Assembly (NCBI GenBank): GCA_038231875.1
Contig: JBBSIX010000002.1
Coordinates: 1-32,712, forward strand
DNA length: 32,712 nucleotides
Reading direction: 5' to 3'
Origin: Chloroflexia bacterium
GTDB taxonomy: Bacteria > Chloroflexota > Chloroflexia > QHBQ01 > JADMIH01
Positions 14,923 to 24,263 of the stretch are shown piece after piece. A program made the position numbers and the translations under genes. Numbering within the stretch: position 1 is the stretch's first letter; every line of letters starts with the position of its first letter. The notes beneath the pieces were generated by a model that saw only the letters and a program-made list of their open reading frames with translations, ran no database searches and was not told the origin of the DNA.

Positions 14923-16494
14923 CTAGCTCGTCGGCTCGCCTTCATTGGGTGGGACATTGGCCGGCACAACAGTAGCGCTGCCCTCTATCACCTTGCGGCT
15001 GGAGCCGTCGCTTGAGCCGCTTCCCGTGCCGTTGCCCTTGCCATTAGTCGAGCCTAGCGGACTCAGGCCGGCCACCTGGTTCATCAGATCGCTCACCCTC
15101 ACGCCTGTGAGCGTCTCGAACAGTTCGGGAACCTGGGCTACCATGCGGGCTATGTCGGCAGTGATCTGGCTCGCGCCCGCCCCTTTGCCGTCGTTTGAGC
15201 CTGTGGATACGATAGTGATCTTATCCACATTGTTGAGCGGTGTGGACATGGCCCTCGCCATTTCGGGCAGCCCACTGAGCAGCTTGTCGAGGATAGCGGC
15301 CTGGTTGTACTCGCGGAAGGCGTCGGCCCGCTTTCTCATCGCCTCGGCTTCGGCCTGACCCTTCGCCCGGATCACATCGGCCTCGGCAAGACCTACGTCG
15401 CGGCTGGCCCCCGCCTGACCCACGCCTTGCAGCCGTTGGGCCTCGGCAGCGCCCTGGGCCGCCAGAATGCTGCGCTGCTTTTCGGCTTCGGCGATGGTCT
15501 CTATGCGCTGCCGCTCCACCTCAGCCGGCTTGAGCACGGTGGCGATCAGTTCGCGCTCGCGACGCTGGATTTCGGCGTCTTGCACCTTTACCTGCTCCTC
15601 ACGCTGGATGCGCTCAATCCTCACCTGCTCGGCGGCTACCTGCTGCTGCATGATATTCGCCTGGATGTCGTAGGACTTGTCGGCGGTGGCTTGCTGCTTA
15701 CGCACGGCGGCCATATAGTCGGCCTTCTTCAGTTCGAGGTCGCGCTGGGCCTCGGCCTGCTTTGCGGCAGAGGCGGTCTCGGCCATCACCCGCTCCTGGT
15801 CGGCCTGCGCCGAGGCGATAGCCGACGCCCGCATCGCCTCGGCGCGCTTGATGGCGGTGTCGCGGTCGGCCTCGGCTGCGGCGATGTCGGCCTCCCGCTT
15901 GATGCGGGCGATGTCCGGGCGGCCCATGTTCATGATGTACTCGTTCTTGTCGCGCACCTCTTTGATGGTGAACGATACGATCTCCAGGCCCATCTTGTCC
16001 ATGTCTTCGGCAGACGTAGAGCGCATCCGGTCTGCCACCATCTCAGGCTGCTTGACTATCTCCTCGATAGTAAGCTGGCCCACGATGCCGCGCAGGTGGC
16101 CTTCCATCACCAGCCTGATCAGCGCCTCTCGCTCGGTCATGTCTTTGGTGAGCAGTTGCTCGGCTGCGGTGCGAATCGAGTCGGGGTCGCTTTTGACTTT
16201 GATTTGCGCCACAGCCTCCACGTTGACCGCCACGCCCTGCCGGGTGTACAGATCCTGCGTGGGGGCCACATCGAACGACATCAGTTCGAGGGAGAGTTCG
16301 CGGGCGCTCTGCACGAAGGGCAGCACCACCACGCCCCCTCCCTTGATCACCTTGGGGTGATTGGCCGTGCCCAGGCCGTATATGATCAGCGCCTGGTTCG
16401 GCCCCACTTTGCGGACGAGTCGCACCATCCACGTCAGGCCCATCAGTATAATAGCTACCAATGCCACTACGATCAGTAAAGTTGTACCCTCCAC
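14923..16494 (-). CDS. Flotillin-family SPFH protein (YqiK/FloT-like)
   Basis: N-terminal TM hairpin, SPFH/band-7 domain, and a long Ala/Glu-rich coiled-coil flotillin repeat region (AEAEADR..., EAQRDLELKKA...). GTG start with AAAGGAG 6 nt upstream. Confidence 0.9.
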   Translation of the reverse strand: MEGTTLLIVVALVAIILMGLTWMVRLVRKVGPNQALIIYGLGTANHPKVIKGGGVVVLPFVQSARELSLELMSFDVAPTQDLYTRQGVAVNVEAVAQIKVKSDPDSIRTAAEQLLTKDMTEREALIRLVMEGHLRGIVGQLTIEEIVKQPEMVADRMRSTSAEDMDKMGLEIVSFTIKEVRDKNEYIMNMGRPDIARIKREADIAAAEADRDTAIKRAEAMRASAIASAQADQERVMAETASAAKQAEAQRDLELKKADYMAAVRKQQATADKSYDIQANIMQQQVAAEQVRIERIQREEQVKVQDAEIQRRERELIATVLKPAEVERQRIETIAEAEKQRSILAAQGAAEAQRLQGVGQAGASRDVGLAEADVIRAKGQAEAEAMRKRADAFREYNQAAILDKLLSGLPEMARAMSTPLNNVDKITIVSTGSNDGKGAGASQITADIARMVAQVPELFETLTGVRVSDLMNQVAGLSPLGSTNGKGNGTGSGSSDGSSRKVIEGSATVVPANVPPNEGEPTS

Positions 16495-16552
16495 CGTTTT
16501 CTCCTTTCTTTGGCACTACCGTCTAACCGTCAACTGCCGGCGCTCCAAATCT

Positions 16553-17209
16553 CTATCCCGACCCGCGCAAGGTCGCCTCTATGTCCTGTACTTGCGCGAT
16601 GCCCTTCTCGTAGCTGAGGATTACCACCTCCGTGCCGCGAGGGATAGGCTCGCCGTTGCTGCCGGCGGCCCCTGCGGTAAAGCGCGTGCCGTTCTTGACG
16701 TACACGATCTCGCCCACGCCCCCCGCTCTGATAGACGATACCACGCGAGCAGGCGTGCCGGGGAGCCGGTAGTCGCTCGACAGCATAGGCTTGCTCATCA
16801 TGGGCCAGAGCACGCGGGCCAGCAATACAAACATAATAGCCCCGCCCACCACTCCGCTCAAGACGGCCAGCACTATGGCAACCTCGCCGCCCAGCCCCAC
16901 CGTCTTCTTGAGGATGTAGCCTACTCCGCCGAACCAGGTGAGCGCTGCCATGATCGTTGGGATGTTGAACAAGCCGGGACCGTCGTGCCCGGCCAGATCC
17001 TGCCCATCGGGGCCTGCGCCGTCCGCACCTCCGGCATCGAGGCCACCGGCGTCGCTCGCAACATCGAAGTGCCCGACGTGTGCGCCCCCGTGCCCACCAC
17101 CCAGGCCGCCCAGGTCGATCACCCCAAGCAAAAGCGAGCCGGCAGTGAATATCAGGCCGAACAGGAACGTCCCCAGAAACAGGTTCGCCAGCCAGTCCGC
17201 TCCAAACAT
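16553..17209 (-). CDS. NfeD/YqiJ-like membrane protein (partner of flotillin)
   Basis: N-terminal TM, Gly/Asp/His-rich loop (GGLGGGHGGAHVGHFDVASDAGGLDAGGADG), further TMs, and a C-terminal NfeD OB-fold-like segment (GTPARVVSSIRAGGVGEIVYVKNGTRF...GTEVVILSYEKGIAQV). It lies immediately upstream of the flotillin gene on the same strand. Confidence 0.8.
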   Translation of the reverse strand: MFGADWLANLFLGTFLFGLIFTAGSLLLGVIDLGGLGGGHGGAHVGHFDVASDAGGLDAGGADGAGPDGQDLAGHDGPGLFNIPTIMAALTWFGGVGYILKKTVGLGGEVAIVLAVLSGVVGGAIMFVLLARVLWPMMSKPMLSSDYRLPGTPARVVSSIRAGGVGEIVYVKNGTRFTAGAAGSNGEPIPRGTEVVILSYEKGIAQVQDIEATLRGSG

Positions 17210-17386
17210 AAGCTAAACCTCCCTCCGCGCTTTGCGCCTCCCACGCCCCCAATTGTTACTACAGGGATATATACGCATCGTCAGGCCGCCGGGTTACATA
17301 CTCTGGCCTTTCTCGTAGATTATTTGTTGATTATGTAAGCGGCAGAAGAACCCTCCCCTGCGGAGTTCGCAGCTCAGGTTCTGGGC

Positions 17387-17692
17387 CTAAAACATCCCCG
17401 GTATATTCATGCCGCCGGTGATCGAGCCGAGGCGGTCCTGGGCCATGTCCTGGGCATTCTTGAGGGCCTCGTTGAAGGCCGCCACCAGCATGTCCTGGAG
17501 CAGTTCTACATCTTCGGGGTCCACAGCGTCGGGGTCGAGGGTAACTGCCACTACATCGTGATGGCCGTTCATCTCCACCGAGACCACCCCGCCGCCCGCC
17601 GTACCGGTAACGGTCTCATTGGCAAGGTCGGCCTGGGCCTTCATCAGTTTGTTCTGCATCTGCTGCAACTGCTTCATCATTTTCGGGTCCAT
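17387..17692 (-). CDS. ybaB: YbaB/EbfC-family nucleoid-associated protein
   Basis: MMKQLQQMQNKLMKAQADL...GGGVVSVEMNGHHDVVAVTLDP...LQDMLVAAFNEA...MNIPGMF. Its SD (AGGAG) overlaps the dnaX stop codon. Confidence 0.9.
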   Translation of the reverse strand: MDPKMMKQLQQMQNKLMKAQADLANETVTGTAGGGVVSVEMNGHHDVVAVTLDPDAVDPEDVELLQDMLVAAFNEALKNAQDMAQDRLGSITGGMNIPGMF

Positions 17693-17703
17693 TTTGAAGT
17701 CTC

Positions 17704-19476
17704 CTACTCATCGAACTTGGTGATGTTGAAAATATTCATCGCGGCCCGGCCTCTGGAAGTTTCATATGGAGAGGGCTTTTTCTCCTTTACAACCCGCTTG
17801 CCGCCGCCGTTGCCCTTGTCCGGCGAAGGGTCGGCAGATTGTCCGCCGTTCTCCTCCTCCGAGAACAGGATGCTCTCCAGTATACACTTGTGGCCGAGCA
17901 CCCGGTTGAGGGCATCTTCGATGATGCTGCGGTAAGGCTCGGTGCGGGTGCGCTCCGCCTGGATTTTGTGTTGGAAGCTGATTGTGACCTGCTCGCCATC
18001 GATCTTGAACGGCCTGACAAGCTCGCTGTTGCGAAACGCCGAGCCGATAGACTTGCTGCGGGCGCTTATGTGCTCTACCAGCCGGGGCCAAAGCAGGCGC
18101 AACCGCTCCAATTCGTCCCCTTCGCCTGGGAGCATGCCCTCAGCCTGCACCGCCGCCTCCGGCTCCGCTTCGACCTGTTCGGCCTCCGCGTCAGACGCCC
18201 GGCCTGGGCTGTGCCCTCTTGCGGCAAGCTCCTCGGCGGGCGGCTCTGCGGCGGCTTTACCGTTCTGCACAAAAAGGCCGGGTTCGGCACGGGCCGGCCT
18301 GGGAGCAGGCATGGGGCGACTTCTCGGCTCGGCGGCTGTGGGAGGGAGAGCAGCCTCGTCATGCCGGCCCAAGCTCTCACCGGCCCCCAGGCTTGCCTGC
18401 ACCAGCGCCATCTCAAGCGGGAGGTGGAGGTGTGTGGCGGAACGTATAGCGGCATCGGCCTCAGCGAAGGCTTTCAGCCGGCGCAGCAAGTCGCCCATTT
18501 CCATCTGGTCGGCCTGCGCTTCCAGCCTGGCCCTCATCTCCTCGGTCGTATCCAGCAAAGTGGGGTCGCCGGAGGCCGCGCCGGTCTTGACCAGCAGGAG
18601 ATTGCGTAGGTGCTCCACCAACTGCTTGTTGAACTGACGTGGGTCCAACCCCTCGTCAATCAGGCTGTTTATCTGCCGCAGCCCCGCCGCGAGGTCGCCC
18701 GCCAGGAGGGTATCCGTAAAGTCGGCTATCTGCTCGGCGTCCGAAGCCCCCAGCATATCCCGCACGCTCTTGACCGTGATGCCGGCATGCGCGAAGACCC
18801 GCAGTTGGTCCAGCAGCGACAGCGCATCCCGCAACGAGCCGGTGGCCTGCCGTGCCACAAGCTCCAGCGCCGGCCGGTCCGCCTCGATACCTTCCAGGCT
18901 GCACACATATTGCAGGCGGTCGGCTATGATCACGAGGGGTATCTTGCGGAAGTCGAACCGCTGGCAGCGCGAGGCCACCGTAGCGGGCACTTTATGTATC
19001 TCTGTGGTAGCCAGGATAAAGGCAGTGTGGGGGGGAGGCTCCTCCAACGTTTTGAGCAGCGCGTTGAAGGCCGATACGCTCAACATATGTACTTCATCCA
19101 CAACGTAGAACTTGGTGTGCCACACAGAAGGGGCGAAGTTGGCCCGCTCTATGATCTCACGTATGTTGTCCACGCCGGTGTTGGAAGCGGCGTCTATCTC
19201 GATGAGGTCGGTGACAAGCTCTTTGTTGACGGCCAGGCAGTTGGCGCACTGGTTGCAAGGTTTGTCCACGCCCTCCGAAAGGCAATTGGCGGCGCGGGCA
19301 AGCAGGCGGGCGGCGCTGGTTTTGCCCACCCCCCTGGGGCCGGTAAATAGGTAGGCATGAGAGACGCGGTCGCCGGCGATGGCGTTTTTGAGGGTTTGCA
19401 CCACCGGCTCCTGGCCCACCAATTCGTCGAAGTCCTGCGAACGATACTTGCGATAGAGGGAAGTTGAGGCTGACAT
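17704..19476 (-). CDS. dnaX: DNA polymerase III subunit gamma/tau
   Basis: Walker A GPRGVGKTSAARLLARAANC, zinc module CNQCANC, DEVHMLS, LKTLEEPP, SRCQRF. Confidence 0.9.
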   Translation of the reverse strand: MSASTSLYRKYRSQDFDELVGQEPVVQTLKNAIAGDRVSHAYLFTGPRGVGKTSAARLLARAANCLSEGVDKPCNQCANCLAVNKELVTDLIEIDAASNTGVDNIREIIERANFAPSVWHTKFYVVDEVHMLSVSAFNALLKTLEEPPPHTAFILATTEIHKVPATVASRCQRFDFRKIPLVIIADRLQYVCSLEGIEADRPALELVARQATGSLRDALSLLDQLRVFAHAGITVKSVRDMLGASDAEQIADFTDTLLAGDLAAGLRQINSLIDEGLDPRQFNKQLVEHLRNLLLVKTGAASGDPTLLDTTEEMRARLEAQADQMEMGDLLRRLKAFAEADAAIRSATHLHLPLEMALVQASLGAGESLGRHDEAALPPTAAEPRSRPMPAPRPARAEPGLFVQNGKAAAEPPAEELAARGHSPGRASDAEAEQVEAEPEAAVQAEGMLPGEGDELERLRLLWPRLVEHISARSKSIGSAFRNSELVRPFKIDGEQVTISFQHKIQAERTRTEPYRSIIEDALNRVLGHKCILESILFSEEENGGQSADPSPDKGNGGGKRVVKEKKPSPYETSRGRAAMNIFNITKFDE

Positions 19477-19513
19477 AAGCTCCCTTTGTGTGGAAAAGCT
19501 GCTTTGTGCCTCT

Positions 19514-19519
19514 ATTATA
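19514..19519 (-). promoter_or_regulatory. Candidate -10 box TATAAT (minus strand) upstream of dnaX
   Basis: The reverse complement of 19514-19519 is TATAAT, about 38 nt upstream of the dnaX ATG. The -35 is weak. Confidence 0.35.
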
Positions 19520-19553
19520 GCCTATTCCCAACCTTTTCACGACTCCAGGTTGG

Positions 19554-19575
19554 TGTGTAAGTGTTCACACTTACA
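19554..19575. promoter_or_regulatory. Perfect 10+10 palindrome GTGTAAGTGT-TC-ACACTTACAC in the dnaX/fabI divergent region (operator or REP-like hairpin)
   Basis: The arms are exact reverse complements. It is flanked by two further hairpins (19528-19553, 7-bp stem; 19581-19604, 7-bp stem). Its first 13 nt recur identically at 32223-32235. Confidence 0.5.
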
Positions 19576-19606
19576 CCCACCCCCGGCTTGCGGGAAACAG
19601 CCGGGC

Positions 19607-19615
19607 GTGGTATGC
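19607..19615 (+). promoter_or_regulatory. Candidate extended -10 (TGGTATGCT) for fabI
   Basis: TGnTATGCT lies 46 nt upstream of ATG 19661. AAAGGAG SD lies before the ATG. Confidence 0.3.
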
Positions 19616-19660
19616 TGCGTGCGCTGAAAACCTCGACTATGCAGGTATAAAGGAGAAACC

Positions 19661-20569
19661 ATGCTGACTATTGACCTTACAGGCCGTAGAGCCTTCGTTG
19701 CGGGGGTGGCCGACGACTCCGGGTACGGCTTTGCGATTGCGAAGGCGCTTGCCGAGGCCGGGGCCTCCGTCGTGCTGGGCACCTGGCCCCCCGCCCTCTC
19801 GATCTTCCGGAAGCTGCTTGAGCGCGGCTCTATGGACGGCTCCATGCAGTTGAGCAATGGAGGCAAAATGGAGTTCGAGGCTGTCTACCCTCTCGATGCC
19901 GCTTTCGACACAATGGCAGGTGTGCCCTCAGATGTTCAAGAGAATAAGCGCTACCAGGGCCTGGGCGATTACACCATCCAAGGGGTGGCCGAGCGGCTCA
20001 AGTCCGAGTTTGGCGAGCAGCCCCTCGACATCGTGATCCACTCGTTGGCGAACGGCCCGGAGGTCAAGAAACCGCTCCTGGAGACGAGCCGTCAGGGCTA
20101 CCTGGGCGCGGTGAGCGTGAGCGCCTACTCACAGGTGGCTATGGTGCAGCGATTCGCCCCCTTAATGAAGGAGGGCGGGGCTTTCCTTTCGCTCACCTAT
20201 CTGGCGAGTCAGCGCGTGGTGCCGGGTTACGGAGGGGGTATGTCTTCCGCGAAGGCTGCCCTCGAAAGCGACACCCGCACGCTGGCATACGAGGCGGGCC
20301 GTCAGTACGGGATCAGGGTGAACACTATTTCGGCAGGCCCTCTATCCTCGCGGGCAGCTAAGGCTATCGGCGGCATCGAGAGCATGGTGGAGTACGCGGC
20401 GGCCAACTCCCCCCTGGCCGAACCCACATCGCCCGGCGAGGTAGGCACAGCAGCAGCGTTCCTGTGCAGCCCTCTAGCCTCCGGCATCACAGGCGCTGTG
20501 CTGTACGTGGACAAGGGCTACAATGTCATGGGCACGGCGGTCAGCGACGGCAGCCCCCTCGACAGGTAG
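19661..20569 (+). CDS. fabI: Enoyl-[acyl-carrier-protein] reductase (NADH), FabI (long form)
   Basis: [20 protein letters not shown], the catalytic Y-x6-K segment [16 protein letters not shown], and RVNTISAGP. Confidence 0.9.
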   Translation: MLTIDLTGRRAFVAGVADDSGYGFAIAKALAEAGASVVLGTWPPALSIFRKLLERGSMDGSMQLSNGGKMEFEAVYPLDAAFDTMAGVPSDVQENKRYQGLGDYTIQGVAERLKSEFGEQPLDIVIHSLANGPEVKKPLLETSRQGYLGAVSVSAYSQVAMVQRFAPLMKEGGAFLSLTYLASQRVVPGYGGGMSSAKAALESDTRTLAYEAGRQYGIRVNTISAGPLSSRAAKAIGGIESMVEYAAANSPLAEPTSPGEVGTAAAFLCSPLASGITGAVLYVDKGYNVMGTAVSDGSPLDR

Positions 20570-20575
20570 GCGCGG

Positions 20576-21580
20576 CTACCTTATCCTCCTGAATAGGGCG
20601 GCGGCAGTTGCCGCCACTCCTGCCCCCGCGCCCGCGAGCCACACCCAGCGGCCCCGCGTGGTGGCCCACAGTTGCACGCTACTTTCGTGAGCGCTGGCGC
20701 CAAAGCTGCCGTGCGCGCCGTGATCCCCTTCCACCGGCTCCCACAGATTGTTGGGGCGGTCGGGGTCGCGCGGTTCTTCCATCTGCTGCGATTTGTAGCC
20801 GGTCTTGCCGAGATACAAGTCGCCCAGGCCCGGCACAAATTTGTTGCCCCATACCACGATGGATGTGGGCAGCCCTACGTTTACCTCTCTCATGTAGTTG
20901 TGGGCAGCCCAATAAACGGCCTCCGCGCCCACCTCCGGTTGGTAGATAGGGGGCACAGGTTGGGCCTTGTGGGGCAGGCGACTCTTCACCCAGCCGAACT
21001 GCGGAGTGTTGAGGGCGGGCATCTGCACCATAGTGATCTTGACGTTGCTGCCGTCATGGATCAGCTCGCAGCGCACCGACTCGGTGAAGCCCTGTATAGC
21101 GTGCTTGGCCCCGCAGTAAGCCGACTGGAGCGGGATGCCCCTGTAGGCGAGGGCCGAGCCTACCTGCACTATAACGCCCCGGTCCCTGGGCAGCATCCGC
21201 TTGAGCGCAGACATAGTGCCGTACACATAGCCCAGGTAGCATACCTCCGTTACCCTCTTGTACTCTTCGGGGGTCATCTCTTTGAACGGCGAGAAGACCG
21301 AGGTCATGGCGTCGTTGACCCAAACGTCAATCGGCCCAAACTCTCTTTCCACCGCCTCTGCCGCAGCCTCCACCGCCTCGGCATCCGACACGTCGGTCGG
21401 AAGGACCAGCGCCTTGCCGCCCGCCTCCTCAACATCGCGGCGCGCCCCCTCCAGCCCGTCTTGCCCGCGAGACAGCAGACCGATGTGCGCCCCGCGCTTC
21501 GCGAAAGTCCGCACGATTGCGCGCCCCAGGCCTGCGGCGGCCCCTGTAATTACCACCACTTCAGGTTTGTTTCCGTTCAT
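20576..21580 (-). CDS. Short-chain dehydrogenase/reductase (SDR) with a C-terminal extension ending in a hydrophobic anchor
   Basis: TGxxxGxG (VVITGAAAGLGRA), NDA, catalytic YCGAKHA. About 90 extra residues end in WVWLAGAGAGVAATAAALFRRIR. Confidence 0.85.
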   Translation of the reverse strand: MNGNKPEVVVITGAAAGLGRAIVRTFAKRGAHIGLLSRGQDGLEGARRDVEEAGGKALVLPTDVSDAEAVEAAAEAVEREFGPIDVWVNDAMTSVFSPFKEMTPEEYKRVTEVCYLGYVYGTMSALKRMLPRDRGVIVQVGSALAYRGIPLQSAYCGAKHAIQGFTESVRCELIHDGSNVKITMVQMPALNTPQFGWVKSRLPHKAQPVPPIYQPEVGAEAVYWAAHNYMREVNVGLPTSIVVWGNKFVPGLGDLYLGKTGYKSQQMEEPRDPDRPNNLWEPVEGDHGAHGSFGASAHESSVQLWATTRGRWVWLAGAGAGVAATAAALFRRIR

Positions 21581-21719
21581 GTGTAAAGTTGCTCCTCTCG
21601 CGACCTTGTCCGTACCTTCTCAGTATCGAAAGCTTCGCGGCTGTTGTTTGCGCTGGGTGATTCATGGGCGATTCGTTGTAGGGCATGCACTTACCTACAA
21701 CCGCACGGCGGCCTAAAAG

Positions 21720-23981
21720 CTACCGCCCCGGCAGCACCGACCCCAGCAGGTCCTTCACCCGCGTGCCCAGGTCCACCCCCAGAGCAAGAGGCGACGCCTG
21801 GCGGAAAACATGGACGGGGCCTTTGCGCCGCAGCACCCGGTAGTCGGTTGTGCCGTCCTTCTGTCGGCGGAAGCGGATCGTCACCCGCGAGTCGCCTACC
21901 GCGAGTTCGCGCACCGTCAGTTCGGGCAGCCAATCCGGTAGATAAGGGTCGAGCATCACCAGCTTGAAGGGCGCGTAGGTGATCAGGCCAAGCATCGCCT
22001 GCACGAACCAGGCTATGGCGCTTGCCGACCACGCCTGGGGCGCGCAGGCGTCGGGGTAGATGCCGGGGTGGGGGTGCTCTCGGTCGCGTGGGAAGCCTCC
22101 GAACGTTTCGGGCAAGCGATTGTGCTCAAAGAGGGCCGAGGCGTCGAACATGCCCTTCGCGATAGCGTTGCACTCCTCGTGGAAGCCGTAGCGCTTCATG
22201 CCGAAGGCCACCGTGGCGTTTTCTACAGGCCACACCGATCCCAGGTGGTACTTCATCGGATTGTAGGCCGGGTTCTGGGTAGACAGGGTGCGTACCCCCC
22301 AGCCGGAAAACATGTCCGGGGCCATGAGGCGCGACACCACATCGCGGGCGTACTTCCGGTCCAAGATGCCGGTGGCAAGGCAGTGTGCTGCGTTGGAGGC
22401 GATAGACTTCACCTGCCGCTTGTCGGAGTCGAGGGCAAAAGCCACGAACCGCTCGTCGGGCATCCAGAACTTCTCGTTGAACCGCTTCTTGAGGTCGCGC
22501 GCCTGCCCAAGCTGGTCGAAAGCGCGCGACGACTCGCCCATCGCCAAAAACACCTCGGCCATGAGCAACTTGGCGGCGTACCAGTAGCCCTGCACCTCGC
22601 AGGCGGCGATAGGCGGCTCCGCCTCGCAGCCGTCCCTGTAGCGTACCGGGTCGGCGGAGTCTTTCCAGCCTTGATGCTTCTGGCCCTTCGGCGAGCGAGT
22701 CTTGTATTCCAGGAAGCCGTCGCCGTCCAGGTCGGCCTTTGTATCGAGCCAGTCGAGCACCCGTTTGGCAGGCTCAAGCAGGCTGCGTACCGTCTTTCGG
22801 TCGCCGACGGCAACGTGATAGCCGCCGAGCAGCACCAGGAAAGCCGAGGGAGCCGCATAATCGCCGTAGTCGTGCAGCCAGGGGGTGATGCGGAGGAGGG
22901 CAAGCGGGTCGTCACGCACCTGCTGGGGCATGCGGCCCGGCTGCTCATCGTAGAAGTCGTCGGTGCGGTCCCCAACGAAGCGGGCCAGCAGGCGCAAGGC
23001 TCCCTCGGCCAACTTGGGGGTGAACAAGAGTGCCTGACCTGCCAGGGTAAGGGCATCGCGGCCAAACAGCGTGCCGTACAGGGGCTGCCCGGCCACCGGC
23101 ACGGCCAGTTCGGGCCGGGTTTCGCCCCTCTCTACCGGGCCTACGGCCAGCGCGCTCAAGTCGGCCACCGCCCGGTCCCAGGCCTGCTGCACCTTTCTGT
23201 TGGGCGTCAGCACGCGGGTCGAGCCGACCAACCAGGCTTTACGCACCTCGTCGGTGTTGGTAGCCGTCTCACCGAACGCCCCGCACCCAAAGACCGGCTC
23301 CACCACCTCGCCGGCCACCACTGGAGCCACATTCAGGCAAAAGTGGTGCGAGCCTTGAGGCTTGAGCGCGAGGCGAGTATGGACCTCGCCGTTTTCGCAG
23401 CGCATCTCGGCCCCCCGCGCCGTGAAACCTACAAGGGAGGCACGATGCAGTTCGGGGTGCTGATAGCTGAAGCGAAGCGTACCGCCCGTCTCGGAAGGCT
23501 CCCACTCCGTGCTGATTGGGGCTGTTTGTTGGCGTTTGCCGCTGCGCGCCTCTATCAGGTCGGCAAAGTCGGCGTCCAGTTGCCATGTAAGCTCGAGGTG
23601 GGCGGGCGTAGTGCCGTAGTTGGTGATGTGAATATCCTCGTGCAGCCCCTGGCCGCAGAAACGCCCCACGCGCAGCACCACCTGGCGGTCAAGCTCGTGT
23701 TCGGGCAGGCCCATGTGGTCCAGCTTCTTGCCGTCCCCGGGGTTGGGCGGGCAGACGTAATAGGCCAGCGAGGAGAAGGAGTCCACCGCGCTAATGGCAT
23801 CCAGACGAGGTACGGCGCCGTTCACCAGCAAACGATAGCGCGACAACATTCGCATGTCGTGCCAGTAGAGGCCCTCCATACCATCGGCCACCCAGCCGTG
23901 CCGCCCGGTTATGAACAAGGCGCGTTGATAGTAGATATAGCGCAGGTCTGGGTAAACGCCCAGCAGTATTTCGGTGGTCAT
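21720..23981 (-). CDS. Glycogen debranching enzyme-type protein (GDE N-terminal domain + amylo-alpha-1,6-glucosidase (alpha/alpha)6 domain)
   Basis: GTLFGRDALTLAGQALLFTP, HQGWKDSADPV, ACEVQGYWYAA, GWGVRTLS...YNPMKYHLGSVWPVENA, PQAWSASA. This motif set is typical of bacterial/archaeal GDE_C family proteins. Confidence 0.85.
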   Translation of the reverse strand: MTTEILLGVYPDLRYIYYQRALFITGRHGWVADGMEGLYWHDMRMLSRYRLLVNGAVPRLDAISAVDSFSSLAYYVCPPNPGDGKKLDHMGLPEHELDRQVVLRVGRFCGQGLHEDIHITNYGTTPAHLELTWQLDADFADLIEARSGKRQQTAPISTEWEPSETGGTLRFSYQHPELHRASLVGFTARGAEMRCENGEVHTRLALKPQGSHHFCLNVAPVVAGEVVEPVFGCGAFGETATNTDEVRKAWLVGSTRVLTPNRKVQQAWDRAVADLSALAVGPVERGETRPELAVPVAGQPLYGTLFGRDALTLAGQALLFTPKLAEGALRLLARFVGDRTDDFYDEQPGRMPQQVRDDPLALLRITPWLHDYGDYAAPSAFLVLLGGYHVAVGDRKTVRSLLEPAKRVLDWLDTKADLDGDGFLEYKTRSPKGQKHQGWKDSADPVRYRDGCEAEPPIAACEVQGYWYAAKLLMAEVFLAMGESSRAFDQLGQARDLKKRFNEKFWMPDERFVAFALDSDKRQVKSIASNAAHCLATGILDRKYARDVVSRLMAPDMFSGWGVRTLSTQNPAYNPMKYHLGSVWPVENATVAFGMKRYGFHEECNAIAKGMFDASALFEHNRLPETFGGFPRDREHPHPGIYPDACAPQAWSASAIAWFVQAMLGLITYAPFKLVMLDPYLPDWLPELTVRELAVGDSRVTIRFRRQKDGTTDYRVLRRKGPVHVFRQASPLALGVDLGTRVKDLLGSVLPGR

Positions 23982-24078
23982 AAAGCTTCCCTAGGGTAGG
24001 GTTTCGAGGTGTAAGCGTTGTCTGCCGACGGAGGTCGTTCCGCCGACAAAGGGGGCAGCCGATTTGTCTACCCTCTAT

Positions 24079-24095
24079 AGCATATACGATATGCT
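24079..24095. promoter_or_regulatory. 17-bp palindrome AGCATAT-ACG-ATATGCT, about 100 nt upstream of the debranching-enzyme gene
   Basis: The 7-bp arms are exact complements. The segment is AT-rich and could overlap a minus-strand -10. Confidence 0.2.
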
Positions 24096-24166
24096 GCTCC
24101 TGCTCAACCTCCAGGCTCTGTTACGGCTACGAAACGGGCGCTTAGCGAGGAAACACGGCATGCGGG

Positions 24167-24204
24167 GCATGGGGTTGCCCAGTAAAATATAGGCAACCCC
24201 ATGC
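24167..24204 (-). terminator. 13-bp-stem hairpin downstream of the metalloprotease gene (no clear U-tract)
   Basis: GCATGGGGTTGCC / GGCAACCCCATGC with a 12-nt AT-rich loop, 60 nt past the stop at 24264. Confidence 0.3.
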
Positions 24205-24263
24205 GTGAGAGCATGTGCTTCACAGGCAGAGCGCCAGGCCCAACCTTCTTTGGATGGCGTACG

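Noticed and set aside
15427-16479. 350-aa plus-strand ORF, together with the other long antisense ORFs (722-1348, 2176-2976, 10992-11801, 17839-18609, 18610-19350, 20672-21586, 25731-26411)
   Set aside because: All of them lie opposite genes with strong family signatures. They have low-complexity Arg/Gly/His/Leu-rich translations and no SD. These are high-GC shadow ORFs.
17776-17784. GAG AAA AAG in dnaX as a possible programmed frameshift site generating gamma
   Set aside because: It is not a proper A AAA AAG heptamer in frame. It lies about 20 codons from the C-terminus, so it could not generate a shortened gamma subunit.
19477-19660. SRP (4.5S/scRNA) gene, which sits upstream of dnaX in several bacteria
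   Set aside because: No GGAAGGAAGCAGC-type domain IV motif appears on either strand. The gap is occupied by short hairpins and promoter-like boxes.
22068-23999. 643-aa ORF on the plus strand
   Set aside because: It is exactly antisense to the well-supported debranching-enzyme gene. The composition is Arg/Gly/Ala/His-rich with no motifs, a typical stop-poor shadow frame in high-GC DNA.
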